Part shown: positions 47,586-60,700 of the stretch, piece by piece
How the letters are laid out: each line of letters opens with the position of its first letter
Numbering within the stretch: position 1 is the stretch's first letter
Source: Hemiscyllium ocellatum
Taxonomy: Eukaryota
Reading direction: 5' to 3'
NCBI RefSeq assembly: GCF_020745735.1
Contig: NC_083409.1
Span: 18,310,341 to 18,374,340 of the forward strand
DNA length: 64,000 bases
Notes under the pieces: model-generated
Databases searched by the model: none
The model's input: only the letters and a program-made list of their open reading frames with translations
Told to the model about the DNA's origin: nothing
Translations under genes and position numbers: made by a program

Positions 47586-50559
47586 TAGCCAACCTCTCTG
47601 GTTCTCTAGCCCCTTACCCATGGTTGTCAGTAATACACATATGTCAGCAAGGGGCCCAGCAATCTCTTCCTTAGTTTCCCACAATGTTCTGAGATGCACA
47701 TGATCAGGTCCTAGGGTTTATCTACCTTTATGTCTTTTAAGATCTTTTGCGTCTCCTCATTTGTGTGTGGTCTCTTTTCAAGTCATCACTATTTTTACAA
47801 ATTCCCTAGCTTTCTCCATAACAAATAATGAACTGAAATATTTGTTTGGGATCTCACCCATCCCTTGTGTCTTACCCAAATATAGCACTCACATTTATCT
47901 GAATTAAACTCCATCTGCCATTCCTCAGCCCACTGGCCCAGTTGGTCAAGATTCCATTGTATTCTTAGACAGCCTTCTTCGCTGCCACTAATTAGATTAG
48001 ATTCTCTACAGTGAGGAAACAGGCCCTTCGGCCCAACAAGTCCACACCGATCCTCCGAAGAGTAACCCACCCGGAACCATTTCCCTCTCTGTAATGCATC
48101 TAACACTATGGTCAATTTAGCATGGACAATTCACCTGACCTGCACATCTTTGGACCATGGAGGAAACCAGAGCACCCGAGGAAACCCACGCAGACATAGG
48201 GAGAATGTGCAAACTCCACTCACCCAAGGCTGGAATCGAACCTGGGACCCTGGTACTATGAGGCTGCAGTGCTAACCACTGAGCCACCGTGGTGCACCAC
48301 CGGAGCCACCACTGAGTCACTGATGCCTCCTGAAAATTCACCTGAACACACTCTCGCAAGTCTAGCCTCTCTCTGCCAATTACACAGCTGCTACCCCAAA
48401 CTATATTCAGAAACTAAAGACTCCCATTCTCATCATGATTCTGAACTGAATCTTGGGTGGAGAGTGCGATGCACTCAGGGGACTTTTGGACTGTCTGCTG
48501 CTCCCCCATTCCCTCTCTCCCTGCATACTCTGAAGCTGCAGAGTGACCACATCTAGAAACGTGTTCTCCACGGAGCTCTCAGCCTCACGACATTTCTCAC
48601 TGACACCAGCTGCTGCTCAAGCTCCGAAACCTGGAGCTCCAACTGCTATCACTGACCTCACTTCCTGTACTCATGGTATTCCAGGAACTTGGAAACATTC
48701 TGAAATTCCCACATGGATGCACACTCTTTCCACTCTTGGATTATCTCTTTGCAGAGTTCTGATGACAAACAGCTACAGCAGGGCTCACAGTCCAGTGGGT
48801 TCATGTTCTAGGGTTTGGGGAAACTCTCCAGATGACTTTAAGAAATAGGAGCAGAAATCAGCCAGCATTGAATCTGCTCTGCCATTTGACCTTGGCAGAT
48901 ATGCTTCTCACCCCATTCTCCTGCCTACTCCACAGGAACTTTCCATCCCCTTAACAATCATGAACCTATCTATCTCTGTCTTAAATACACTCAGTGACTT
49001 GGCCTCCCCTGCCCTCTGTAACAATGAGTTCCACAGATTCACCACCTTCTGGCTGAAGAAATTCCTCCTCATCTCAGCTCGAAAGGGTCGGCCTTCATTC
49101 TGAGGCTGTGCCTTGGTTACCGAGTCTCTCCTGTTTTTGGAAACATTTTCTCTGTATCCACTCTATCCAGCCTATCTATTCTGCAAATTTTAATAAGGTC
49201 CCTCCTCATCCTTCTAAACTCCATTGAGTACAGACCCAGAATCCTCAACCATGCCTCATATGACAAGCCTTTCATCCCCAGGATCATTCTTGTAAACCCC
49301 TCCAATGCCAACACATTGTTTCTTAGAATATGGGTCCCAAATCTGCTCAAAATATTCCAAATTCAGTCTGACCAGAGCCTTACACAGCTCAGCAGTACAT
49401 CTCTGCTCTTGTATTCTGGCCCTATTGAAATGATTGTGAACATTTCATTTGCCTTCCCAACACAAACTGGACCTGCCTGTTAACCTGAAGAGAAACCTGA
49501 ATGAGGTTTGTACTTTAGATCTCCAAAGGCTTTCCTTATTTAGAAAATACCTCCACACCCTGACTCCATTGATTCCTGAAAGATCATCACCAATGTCCCC
49601 ATCACCTCCTCAGTGCTCCTTCAGAACACATGGGTGTAGTTCATCCAGTCTGGGTGAGTCCATCCACATTCAGACCTTTCAGCCTCCCAGTACCTCCTCC
49701 TTAGTGATGGCCACTACACTCACCTCGCCCCCTGACATTCTTGAAGTACTAGGACATTGCTGGTGTTTTCCATTGTGCAGACTGATGTAATGTATTCAAT
49801 TCCTCGCGTTTTCTTCATTTTCCTATTATTCTTTTTCCAATGTCTATTTCCGCATCCCTCTTCCTTTTTATATATCTGATGAAACTCTTGCAATCTTCTT
49901 TTATATTACTGGCTCGCTTTCCCCCCATTTCACCTTCTGTCCCCTGAATGTTTTTTTAGTTATCCTCTACAGGTTTTTAAAGACTTCCTAATCCTCTGGC
50001 TTCCCACTATTGTCCACCACATTGTATGCCTTTTCCTTTTGCTTTTATGCTGTCCTTGATCTCCCTCATCAGCCATGGTTACATTGTCCTCCGCTTCATC
50101 TGTTTCGTCTTTTTCAGGAGGAATTCCTACTCTGCTTCCTCAATTACCCCCAGAAACTCTGCTGTTTGCTGCCCCACCATCTTATCTGCTCGGCTCCCCT
50201 TCCAACCAACTCTGGTCAACTCCTTCCTCATGTCTTTGTCGTCCCTTTACTCAATTGAAATCCTGTTCCATCTGATTTCAGCTTCTCCCTCTCAAACTAC
50301 AGGGGGAATTCTATCGTATTATGGTCACTTATCCGGAGGATACTTTCATTTCAGCTCACTAACCAAGTTTGCCTCATTACACATCACTGAATCCAGAACT
50401 GCCTGTTCCAAATGATCAAGCACAAGCTGTTTCAAAAATCATCTCATAGACATTCCATGAAATCCTTTTGTTGAGATGCGCTACCCAGTCCATCTATCCA
50501 TGAAGTTCTGCCATAACATTTTGTATTTGGCTTTTTTGTTCTCCAGTTCCAAGCTCCAG

Positions 50560-50857
50560 CTCAGCAATGTCCCCATAACTTGTCCTACCTGCCTATCTTC
50601 TTTCCACCTATCCACTCCACCCTCCCACCCCCTATTGTACTTAACTATTGTACTCTATGCTACTTTGTCCGCAGCCCCACCCTCCTCTCACTTTTCTCTC
50701 CAACCTTCAGGCTGTCTGCCTCTATTCCTGATGAAGGGCTTTTACCCGAAACGTTGATTTTACTACTCGTCGGATGCTACCTGAACTGCTGTACTTTTCC
50801 AGCACCACTCTAATCTAGAATCTGGTTTCCAGCATCTGCAGTCATTGTTTTTACCCT
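50560..50857 (+). mobile_element. Penelope-like 3' fragment with hammerhead motif (50724-50759)
   Basis: attc-CTGATGA-agggc-tttt-accc-GAAAC-GTT-gatt. Absent from cluster 1 at about 3765. Confidence 0.75.
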
Positions 50858-51747
50858 TTTCTGTCTCCTGATTGATTTCTTCCCCACACCCTGGCTACTG
50901 CTTGGAGACCTGAACATAACTTGCATCAGATTCTTTATTTCTTGGGTTCCTCAACTCGCCCACACAGATTCTACACCTTCTGACTGTATCACTTCTTGCT
51001 ATTGATTTAAAGAAATTCTTACTAACAACACAACTCTGCCCTGTCTGCCCATCTGCCTGTCCTTTTTATAGGACATGGATCCTTGGATATTTAGTTCCCA
51101 GCCCGGATCCTTACAGCCATGTCCCTCTGTGATACCCACAACATTGTACCTGCCAGTTTCAATCTGCACTACAAGCTTCCATTGTGTATATTGTGGCATT
51201 ATAGTACAACACCCTCAGTCCCGCATTGACTGCCCACCTTCCCATCATTGTCGTCTTATCTGCGTGCTTTACATTCGATAACCTGATCCTTCCACACTCT
51301 CTGTCCTTTTACATCTTCTAGAATCTTGAATAAACTCTCCTGAGCCCTCCTCCACTTTACTTGTTTAAATTCCTTGGAATCTCAATTTACCTCAATTTTG
51401 TGGCATCATTTTTCTCCCTTACTCAGAATGCTTCGTGCATTTAGATCCAAAGTCTTAAGTTTGATACTATTATCGATTTCCCTGCATTTTTCTGATCCCT
51501 TTGATATTCAAACTCCAGTCCTTTCCTTTTATATTCTGTGTAACAATCACTCCCATCACTAACTACAATCCTACCTTCTCCTTCCCTTCCGTTTACTCAA
51601 TTTCCATCCAACTGAACCAATTACGTTTCTCTTAGGTTGATTCAGACAATATTTATCCTTGAACCAAAATCATGAAGAATGCTCTTTGATCTCATTGCTT
51701 CCAGTGGGATCTTGCTGTGTAGAAATTGGCAGCCCCTTTCCTTGAAA

Positions 51748-51760
51748 NNNNNNNNNNNNN
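51748..51760. other. Assembly gap (13 N)
   Basis: Read directly. Confidence 1.
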
Positions 51761-54700
51761 TAAATATGGGCCTCCTAATTACTGGAACTTCCTATAGCAG
51801 ATGGTCCGATGGTTGAGTTTTTGAAGAAGAAGCAAGAAGATAGTTAAGATAGAGTAGTTACAACTCTGTCTACATGGAGTTAATCAACAAGGTTTCCCTA
51901 TGGTAGACTGATCAGTAAGATTATATCACATAGGAGAACAGGGACAGCTCACCAATAGGATATGAAATTGTACTGATGACTGAGGAGGCTGAGGCTGGTG
52001 AGAGAAGAGTTGTTCTTCAGACTGGAGGCCAGTGACCAACTGTCTGTCACAAGAATCGATCATGGATCCACTGTTGTTCATATTTTATGTGAACAATTTG
52101 GATGAGAAAATAGCAGGAATGGTCAGTAAGTTTGTGGCTGATGTTAAAATTGTTGGCATAGTGGACAGGGAAGAAGGTTATCCAAGAGTGCAATGTCATC
52201 TTGATCAACTGGGCCAGTGGGTCAACAAATCCAGATGGAAATTTTGATAAATGGAAGGAGTTGCATTTTGGGAAGACAATCAGGGCAGAAATTACACAAT
52301 TAATGGTAGAGCCATGGGGAGTGTTGTTGAACAGAGAGTCTGAGGGTACAGGTACATAGTTCCTTGGAAGTGGGGTCACAGGTAGACAGGGTGGTGAAGA
52401 AGGGATTTGGCACGCCATCTTCACTGGTCAAAGCAGGGAGTATAGGAGCTGGGACATCATGTTACAGCTGTACAAGGCATTGGGAAGGCCACATTTGGAC
52501 ACAGTACATTTCTGCTCACCCTGCTATAGGAAGGAAGTTATGACAGTGGTTTGAATAAAAGAAAGATTAACAGGATGTTATCAAGATTGGAGGATTTGAA
52601 TTACAAGATGAGGATGAATAGGCCAAGATGTTTTTCCAGGGAATGCAGGAGATTGAGGGGTGACCTTATAGAGGTTGTGGAATTCGGAGGGTCATAGATA
52701 AGGTGAATAGTCAAAGTCTTTTCCCCAGGGTAGGAGAGTCCAGTACTAGAAGGAGTAGGTTTAAGTTGAGAGGGGAAAGAATTAGTAGGAAACTGAGGGG
52801 CAACATTTTCACACAGAGGTTAGTGTGTATGTGTAATGAGCTGACAGAAGAATTCGTAGAGGTGAGTACAATTACTACATTTCAAGGACATTTTTACAGG
52901 AACATGGATAGGAAAGATTAGAGAGAATTGGGCCAAACACATGCAAATGGGACTAGTTCAGTTTTGGATACTTGGTCGGCATGGATGAGTTGAGCTGAAC
53001 GGCCTGGCCTGATCCCATGCTGTAAACCTCTATGACTCTTTGGTGATATATACATGGGACACTTTCCATAGAACCAGTAAACATGGACCTCTTTCCACTG
53101 GAACCTCCAATAGACACCAATAAACAGGGACCTCCTTCCCACTGGATGCTCCAGAAGAGACTAGTAAACATGGTCCTCCTTCCCTCAGGACTGGCCAGCA
53201 CCTGAGCTACAACTCCGACATCCTCTCCATCATGTAGGTCTCTTATTTCAATCTCAACAACATTGTCTCTGCGTTACTTCGGCCCCTTGACCACAGAAAC
53301 CCTAATTCCTGCTCGTCCTGCCTCCTAAATCTATGATTCCAATGTCCTGTCCCAGCTTCCTAAAGCCATATTCCATAAACTCCAACTTGTCTGATATGGA
53401 GTGGGCCCTTCCCTGTCTTATCCATCTGTCATTCCAGAATGACCCCTGACCTCACTGCTAGCCAATTGCCTCCATGGCCTCCCCCTCCCTCCATCTGTGT
53501 CCTGCTGCAGACTCACATTCCCTCCCTCCCCCTTTCATCTTCTGTCTCTGGTCTCCTGCCCATTGCTACTTGCTCCACCCACCATTGACAGCAGAGCATT
53601 CAGACCCCTACAGCATGCTCTCTGACCTCCTGCCCTTGATCCCTCCCCCTCTCAATGGTTGTGCTATTGAGTATACTGTTCAATCCCATCACTTTGGTTC
53701 ACTGTCCCTTGCCATTGATTTGCTGAATTCTTCCTCATCAGTAAATCTAGTCTGGCCTGTTCCTTGAGTTGGTTCAAGAGAGTTTCCCTTGAGAAAAACA
53801 CTCTTCTGTAAACTGGGTTGTCTGTTTCTCCCAGTCTTTGTGTAAAGGTGAGTCTAAGTGTGTGTAAGCTCTAAAACAGCACAGACAGAGGTCACTGGGC
53901 TGATTGTGACTGTTAGTCAAATGAGTCCAATGAGTCCCATTTCCCCAGCCCTTCCTGTAAAACTGCAATTATTTCCTTTCAGCTATTTCTCCAAATGCCC
54001 TTTTGAAAGTTGCTGTTGAATCCACTTCCACTCACCTTGCAGACAGTCACCATGAACTCGCTGGATAAAAAATGTTCCTATCTTCTCTCTTGTGCTTTAG
54101 ACTCTTTCTGAAATGTGTGCCCTCTGGTTACTGACCCTCCTGCCTGGAGAAACAATTTGTCCTGTATTTACTGCATCCAAACTCTCTAATTGTGAAATCC
54201 TCATTGAGTGAGACCTATTTCCAGCACAGGGGGAGAACATTCAGCCTGTCAGGTAAATGCTGTCATTTCATGGAGCAATCCATTCAGTCCCACCCCCTCC
54301 CTACTCGACCCCCAGGGCCTTGCAGGTTTATTTCCATCAAGAGCCCATCAATCTGCCATTGCAATCACTGAGTGTCTTCACCTGTCTCACCTGAATGGGC
54401 ACTAATTTCCAAGACTTTGCCAATTTCTGCTAAAATCAAAGTTCTTTCTGACATTCCATATCTCTTGCCCAACAGAATGTAAGATAATCTCAAAGGGAAG
54501 ACAGGATTTTGTCTCCACACGGACTGTGCGGTGGTCACTCTTACTGATGATCTGTCATGGACAGATACACCAACAGCAGGCAGGTTGGTGAGGGTGATAG
54601 TGAGTATGTTTTTCCCTCTTGTTGGTTGCCTCACCACCTGCCCCAGGTCCAGTCGAGCATCTGAATCAGGTGGACTTGACCAGCTTGCTCAGTAGTGATG

Positions 54701-57700
54701 CTTCTGAGCAGCTCTTGATGGTGGGCTTTGAAGTCCCTTACTCAGGGTATATCCTGCATCATTCCCTCCCTCAGTGCTCCCACCAAGTGTTGTTCAACAT
54801 GGAGGAGGACTGACTGCTCAGTTGAGGTTGGAGCGGAGGGCGGTGCTATGTGGTAATCAGCAGGAGGTTTCCTTCCCCATGTTTGACCTGCTGTCATGAG
54901 GCTTCATGGGTTCCATAGTTAATGGTGAGGACTCCAGGGCAACTCCTTTCTGACTGTACACACCACTGTGTTGCCTCCCCTGCTTGGTCTATCCTGCCAG
55001 TTATAACTGAATGAGGGATCAATTCTGTGCAGGTTTCACAGCTTGGAGACAGAGCTGCTGCTGGATTCTGTTTCTGATCTCCGAGTGCAGGCGTGTGTGT
55101 TTGTGAGAGAGAGTGACTGACACCTTTTCCAAAACTGTGCTGTTTCTGCAAAAAATAAATCCTAGAACCAGCCTCCTGTGCTGTCAGATTCCAGGGAGTG
55201 AAGATGGTTCACAGTTTTCTCCCGTCTCAGTAACAAACACCCAGCTGCTCCGAGCTCCTTCTTTCACTTCCTCTTTTTTGTGAAGTTTCAACCTTGCGAT
55301 CTGACAGTCTTTGCAGTTATTTTTTACACTGGGGCTTTCTGCTGTGGTCAGAATCTCTAATAATAAGTGTCCGATCAGTGACAATCACAGCAGCTAAGAG
55401 CAGTCAGGAACTGAGGAGCCAAGCTCATTGTGAAACATATTGGGAAGATCAAAGCCATCCTCTTCAGATCCTGGTATAAACTCCATCCCTCTCCCTGAGC
55501 ACTATCTGCTGCTCAACCAGACTCTTTACAAACTGGGTCTCATGTTTGAGAATGATCTAAGCCCCATATCTTTCATATCACAAAGATCAGCCACTGAAAA
55601 TCTCAGCCATGTTTATGGGGCTCCAAACATGACCATTCCAATGGCTGATGCACATCACAGCCACTGCCCTCCGTATCCTTCAGCTCATCCAAAATTCTGC
55701 AGCCCGTATCCAAACTTGCACCAAGTCCCGTTCCCACAACCCCCTGCACCCCGTGCCTATATTGGCTCCTGGTCGAGCAACACCTCGATTTTCAAATTCT
55801 CATCCTTGTTCTCAAATCCCTCTCTGCCCTCCACTCTCCCTATCTCTGTAACCTCCTCCAAGCTGCCTCACTCCGTGTGGTCAGCAATCTTGGATAATTG
55901 GCTCTCTATTCCTTCATCCAAGTCATTGAGAAATATTGTGAAATACTGAGGCCCTGCACAAATCCCTGGGGACACCACTATTCACATCTTGTTCATTAGA
56001 GAGCACGCACATTATCCCTCTTCTCTGTCTCCTACCTCCAAACTAATTCCTCACCAAAGACAAATACTTTTCTGTCACTGTCTTGATGATAGGAAGCAGA
56101 GGTAATATTGGAAGGATGCTTGTCAGACTGGAGGCCTGTGTTGAGTGGAGTGCCTCAGGGCTCAGTGCTGGCCCCATTACTGTTTGTTATCAATATTAAT
56201 GGTTTGGATGAGAACCTGTAAGGCATGATTAGTAAGTTTGATGTGCAGGTCAGGTGAATTGGACATGTTAAATTGGCCATAGTCTTAGGTACATTAGTCA
56301 GAGGGAAATGTCTCTAAATGGGTTACTCTTCAGAGGGTCAGTGTGGATTGGTTGGGCCGAAGACCTGTTTCCACACTGGAGGGAATCGAATCTCTAATCC
56401 TGTACAGGATGTCAGTGAGGTCGTACTTGGAATATTGTATTCAGTTTGGTCACCTTGTTATAGGAAGGATATTACTAAACCAGAAAGAGTACAGAAGAAA
56501 TTGGCAAGGATGTTGCCTGGACTCAACAATCTGAGTTATAGGGAGAGGTTAGGCAAGTTGGACTTTTTTCTTCGAGCGTAGGAGACTGGTGGGGGAACTT
56601 TTAGAAGTGTATAAGATCATGAGAGACATGGACAGGGTTGGGGAATCGAGGATGAGAGGGCATCAGTTTAGTGTTAGAGAGGAATGAATAAAAGGGAACC
56701 TGAGGGGCAACATTTTTACACAGAGGGTGGCACGCATGTGGAATGAGATGCCAGCTGAAGTGATTGAGGTGGATACATTAACAACATTTAAAAGACATTT
56801 GGACAAATACATAGATAGGAAAACATTTGAAGGATATGGGCCAAGTGCAGGGAAATGGGGTTAGCATGGATGGATATTTTGGTCAGCACGGTCCAGTTTG
56901 GCCAAAGGGCCTGTCTCTGTGCTGTAGGACTCGATCACTCTAGACTCTATAATTCCATATGTTTCCATGTTTCTGAACAGTCTCTCAAACATAGAAACAA
57001 AGGAACTAGGAGCAAGAGGAGGCCATTCAGCCCTTCAAGTTGGCTCTGCCATTCAATATGACCATGGCTAATCATCCAACTTAGTCCCCTGCTCCCATTT
57101 TTTCTCCATAAAATTTAACCCCTTTAGTTCTAAGAATACACTTATCCTCTCTTGAAAATATTGAATGTTTTGGGCTCAACTGCTTTCTGTGACAGACTAT
57201 CCCACTAGCTTCCCAGTCTCTGGCAAAAGAAATGTCTCCTCAGCTCAGTCTGAAATAACCTTTCCCTTTTCTTTAAACCATAATTCGTAGTTCTGGATTC
57301 CCCAGTCATCAGGAACATCCTCCCTGTGTTGTTCTAGTCTTGTCCTGTTCGGATTTTCAAGGTTACAATATGATTCCTTTCAATCTTCTAAGTGCCAATG
57401 AATATAATCCTAACTGATCCAGTTTCTCATCAGATCTAAGTGCTGTCCTCCCAGGAATCAGTCTGGTAAACCTTCACTGCTCTCCCTCCACAGCCAGAAC
57501 ATCCTTCCTCAATTAAGGAGCCTGAAACTACCCACGACAGAATCATGAAATCACACAGTACAGAGGAGGCCCTTCAGCCCATTAACTGTGTACCAGCCAA
57601 ACTACACTAAACCTACACCAGTCCCACTTTCCAACATGAGGCCCACAGCTTGAATGTTATGACATTTCAACTGCTCACCCAAGTACATTTTAAACTTTGT

Positions 57701-60700
57701 GAGGTTTCCCACCTCAACTCCCCTCTCAGGCTGTGCATTCCAGATGCACACCAACCTCTGGATGAAAAACATTTTCCTTAAAACATCTTGAAGCCTCCTA
57801 GCTTTCACATTGAATGTGAGTCAACTTGTTATTGACCCTCCCAAAAAGGAGAACAGCTGCTTTCTCTCCTCCCTGCCAATTCCCCTCATAACCTTATACA
57901 CCTCTATCAGGTCCCCCCTCCACCTTCTCTGCTCTATAGAAAACAACCCGAGCTGATCCAATTTCTCTTCATCACTGAGAGGTTCCATCCCACACAACAT
58001 CCTGGTGATTCCCCTCTGCACCCCATCCAGTGCAATCACATCCTTCCTACAGTGTGGTGACCTGAACTGCACATAGTACTCCAGCTGTGGCCTCACCAAT
58101 GTTCTGCTTAACTGCACCATCTCCTCCTGCTTTTATAACCGATACCTGACATGACAAAGGCAAGTGTCCCCTATGCCTTCATAACTGCTCTGTTAACCTG
58201 TCTTGCCATATTCAGGGATCAGTGGAGAAGCACCCCAAGATCACGCTGTTCCTTTGAGCTTCCTCAGTTCAAAGACCAAAGAGCAATGAAAATTACAGCA
58301 CAAGAACTGGCCCTTCGGCCCTACTAGACTGCACTGGTCCAAATCTTCCATCTAAACCTGTCATCAATTTTCCAAGGGTCTATCTCCCTTTGCTCCCTGC
58401 CCATCCATGTATCTATCTAGATATATCTTAAATGATGCTATTGTGCCTGCCTCTACCACCTCCACTGGCAACGTGTTCCAGGACCAATCACTCTCTGTGT
58501 GAAGAACTTTCCATACATATCTCCCTTAAATGTTTCCACTCTCACCCTGAACTCATGACCCCGAGTAATTGAGTCCCCCCACTCTGGGAAAAAGCTTGTT
58601 GCTATCCACCCTGTCTATACCTCTCATGATTTTGTAGACCCTAATCAGGTCCCCCGCAACGTTCGACTTTCTAATGAAAATAATCCTAATCTACTAAACC
58701 TCTCTTCATAGCTAGTGCCCTCCATACCAGGCAATCCTGGTGAACCTCCTCTGCACCCTCTCCAAAGCATCCACATCTTTCTGGTAATGTGGCAACCAGA
58801 ACTGTACGCAGTATTCCAAATGTGGCCAGGCCAAAGTCTGATATAATTCTAATATGACCTTCCAACTCTTGTGCTGAATACCACGTCTGGTGAAGGAAGG
58901 TATGCCATATGCCTTCCTGACCACTCTGTCGATCTGTGTTGTCACCTCCAGGGTACAATGGACCTGAACACCCAGGTCTCTCTGGCCATCAATTTTCCCA
59001 GGGTGTTCCATTCACCGTACAGTTTACTCCAGATTTGGATCTTCCAAATTTCTTCAGATCGCATTTGCCTGGTTTGAACTCCATCCGTCCGTTTCTCTGC
59101 CCAACTCTCCAATCTGTCTATATTCTGCTACATTCTCTGATGGTCCCTTTCAATATCTGCTACTCCACCAATCTTAGAGTCATCTGCAAACTTGCTAATC
59201 AATCCACCTATACCTTCCTCCAGATCATTTATGTATATCAAAAACAAGAGCGGTACCAGCACAGATTCCTGTTCTCCATTTTGAGAAACTCCTTCCATTA
59301 CTACCGTCTGTCTTCTGTTGCCCAGCCTGTTCTCTATCCATCTAGTGAGTACACTCTGGACCCTATGCGACTTAAATTTCTTTATCAGGCTGCCATGGGG
59401 AACTTTATCAAACGCATTCCTGAAATCCATGTGTATGACATCCACAGCCCTCCCTCATCAATCAACTTAATCACTTCTTCAAAAAATTCTATAAAGATGG
59501 TAAGACATGACATTCCCTGCACAAATTCATGCTGCCTATAACTAATAAGTCAATTTTCTTCCAAATATAAATAGATCTTATCCCTCAGTATCTTCTCCAG
59601 CAGCTTCCTTACCACTACATCAGGCGTGTCACTGGTTGATAGTTGCCTGGATTATCCTGGCTACCCTTCTTAAACATTAGCAATTCTCCAGTCCTCTGGG
59701 ACCTCATCCATGTTCAAAGTTGCTACAAAGATATTGATTAAGGCCCCAGCTATTTCCTCTCTTGCTTCCCTCAGTAACCTGGGATCAATCCCATCCCGAC
59801 CTGGGGCTTGTCCACCTGGATGCCTTTTAAAATACCCAACACTTCCTCCCTCCTTAAACCTACTTGACCCTGAATAAACAAACATCTATCCCCAACTTCA
59901 ACATCTGTCATTTCCCCCCTCCTTGGTGAATACCAACGTAAAGCACTCATTAAGAATCTCATCAATTTTCTCTGACTCCACACATAACTTTCCTCCTTTG
60001 TCCTTGAGTGGGCCAACCCTTTCTCTAGTCACCCTCTTGCTCCTTATATATGAATAAAAGGATTTGGGATTTTCCTTAATCCTATTTGTTAATGATATTT
60101 TGTGACCCCTTTTAGCCCTTTTAATTCCTCACTTCAGATTGGTCCTACTTTCACGATATTCTTCCAAAGCTTTGCCTGTTTTCAGCTACCTCGACCATAT
60201 GTATGCATCCTTTTTCCTCTTAGCTATGCTCACAATTTCATCTGTCATCCAGCGTTCCCTAATCCTGCCATTTCAATCCCTTATTTTCACAGGGACATGT
60301 CTGCCCTGACTCGAGTCAACCTCTCTTTAAAAGCCTCCCACATATCAAATATGGATTTCCCTTTAAACAGCTACTCCCAATCCACATTCCCCAGCTCCTG
60401 CCAAATTTTGCTATAGTTGGCCTTCCCCCAGTTTAGCCATCTTCCTTTCGGACCACTCTCGTCTTTGTCCAGGAGTATTCTAAATCTTATGGAATTGTGG
60501 TCACTGTTACCAAAATAATCCCCTAGTGAAATTTCAACCACCTGGCCGGGCTCATTCCCCAATACCTGGCCCCTTCCTGAGTTAGATTATTTCCACATTA
60601 CTCTGTAAAATCCTCCTGGATGCTCCTTACAAATTCTGCTCCATCTTAACTTCTAACATTGAGTGAATCACAGTCAATGTTGGGAAAATTAAAATCTTCC

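Larger units (their letters stand above)
45300..51700 (-). mobile_element. CR1/SINE mosaic forming most of the cluster-2 J-C intron
   Basis: Mirror of 3330-9840. Confidence 0.85.
41908..51747. repeat. Arm B of inverted cluster duplication (pairs with 3057-11965)
   Basis: Reverse-complement colinearity, truncated by the gap. Confidence 0.95.
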
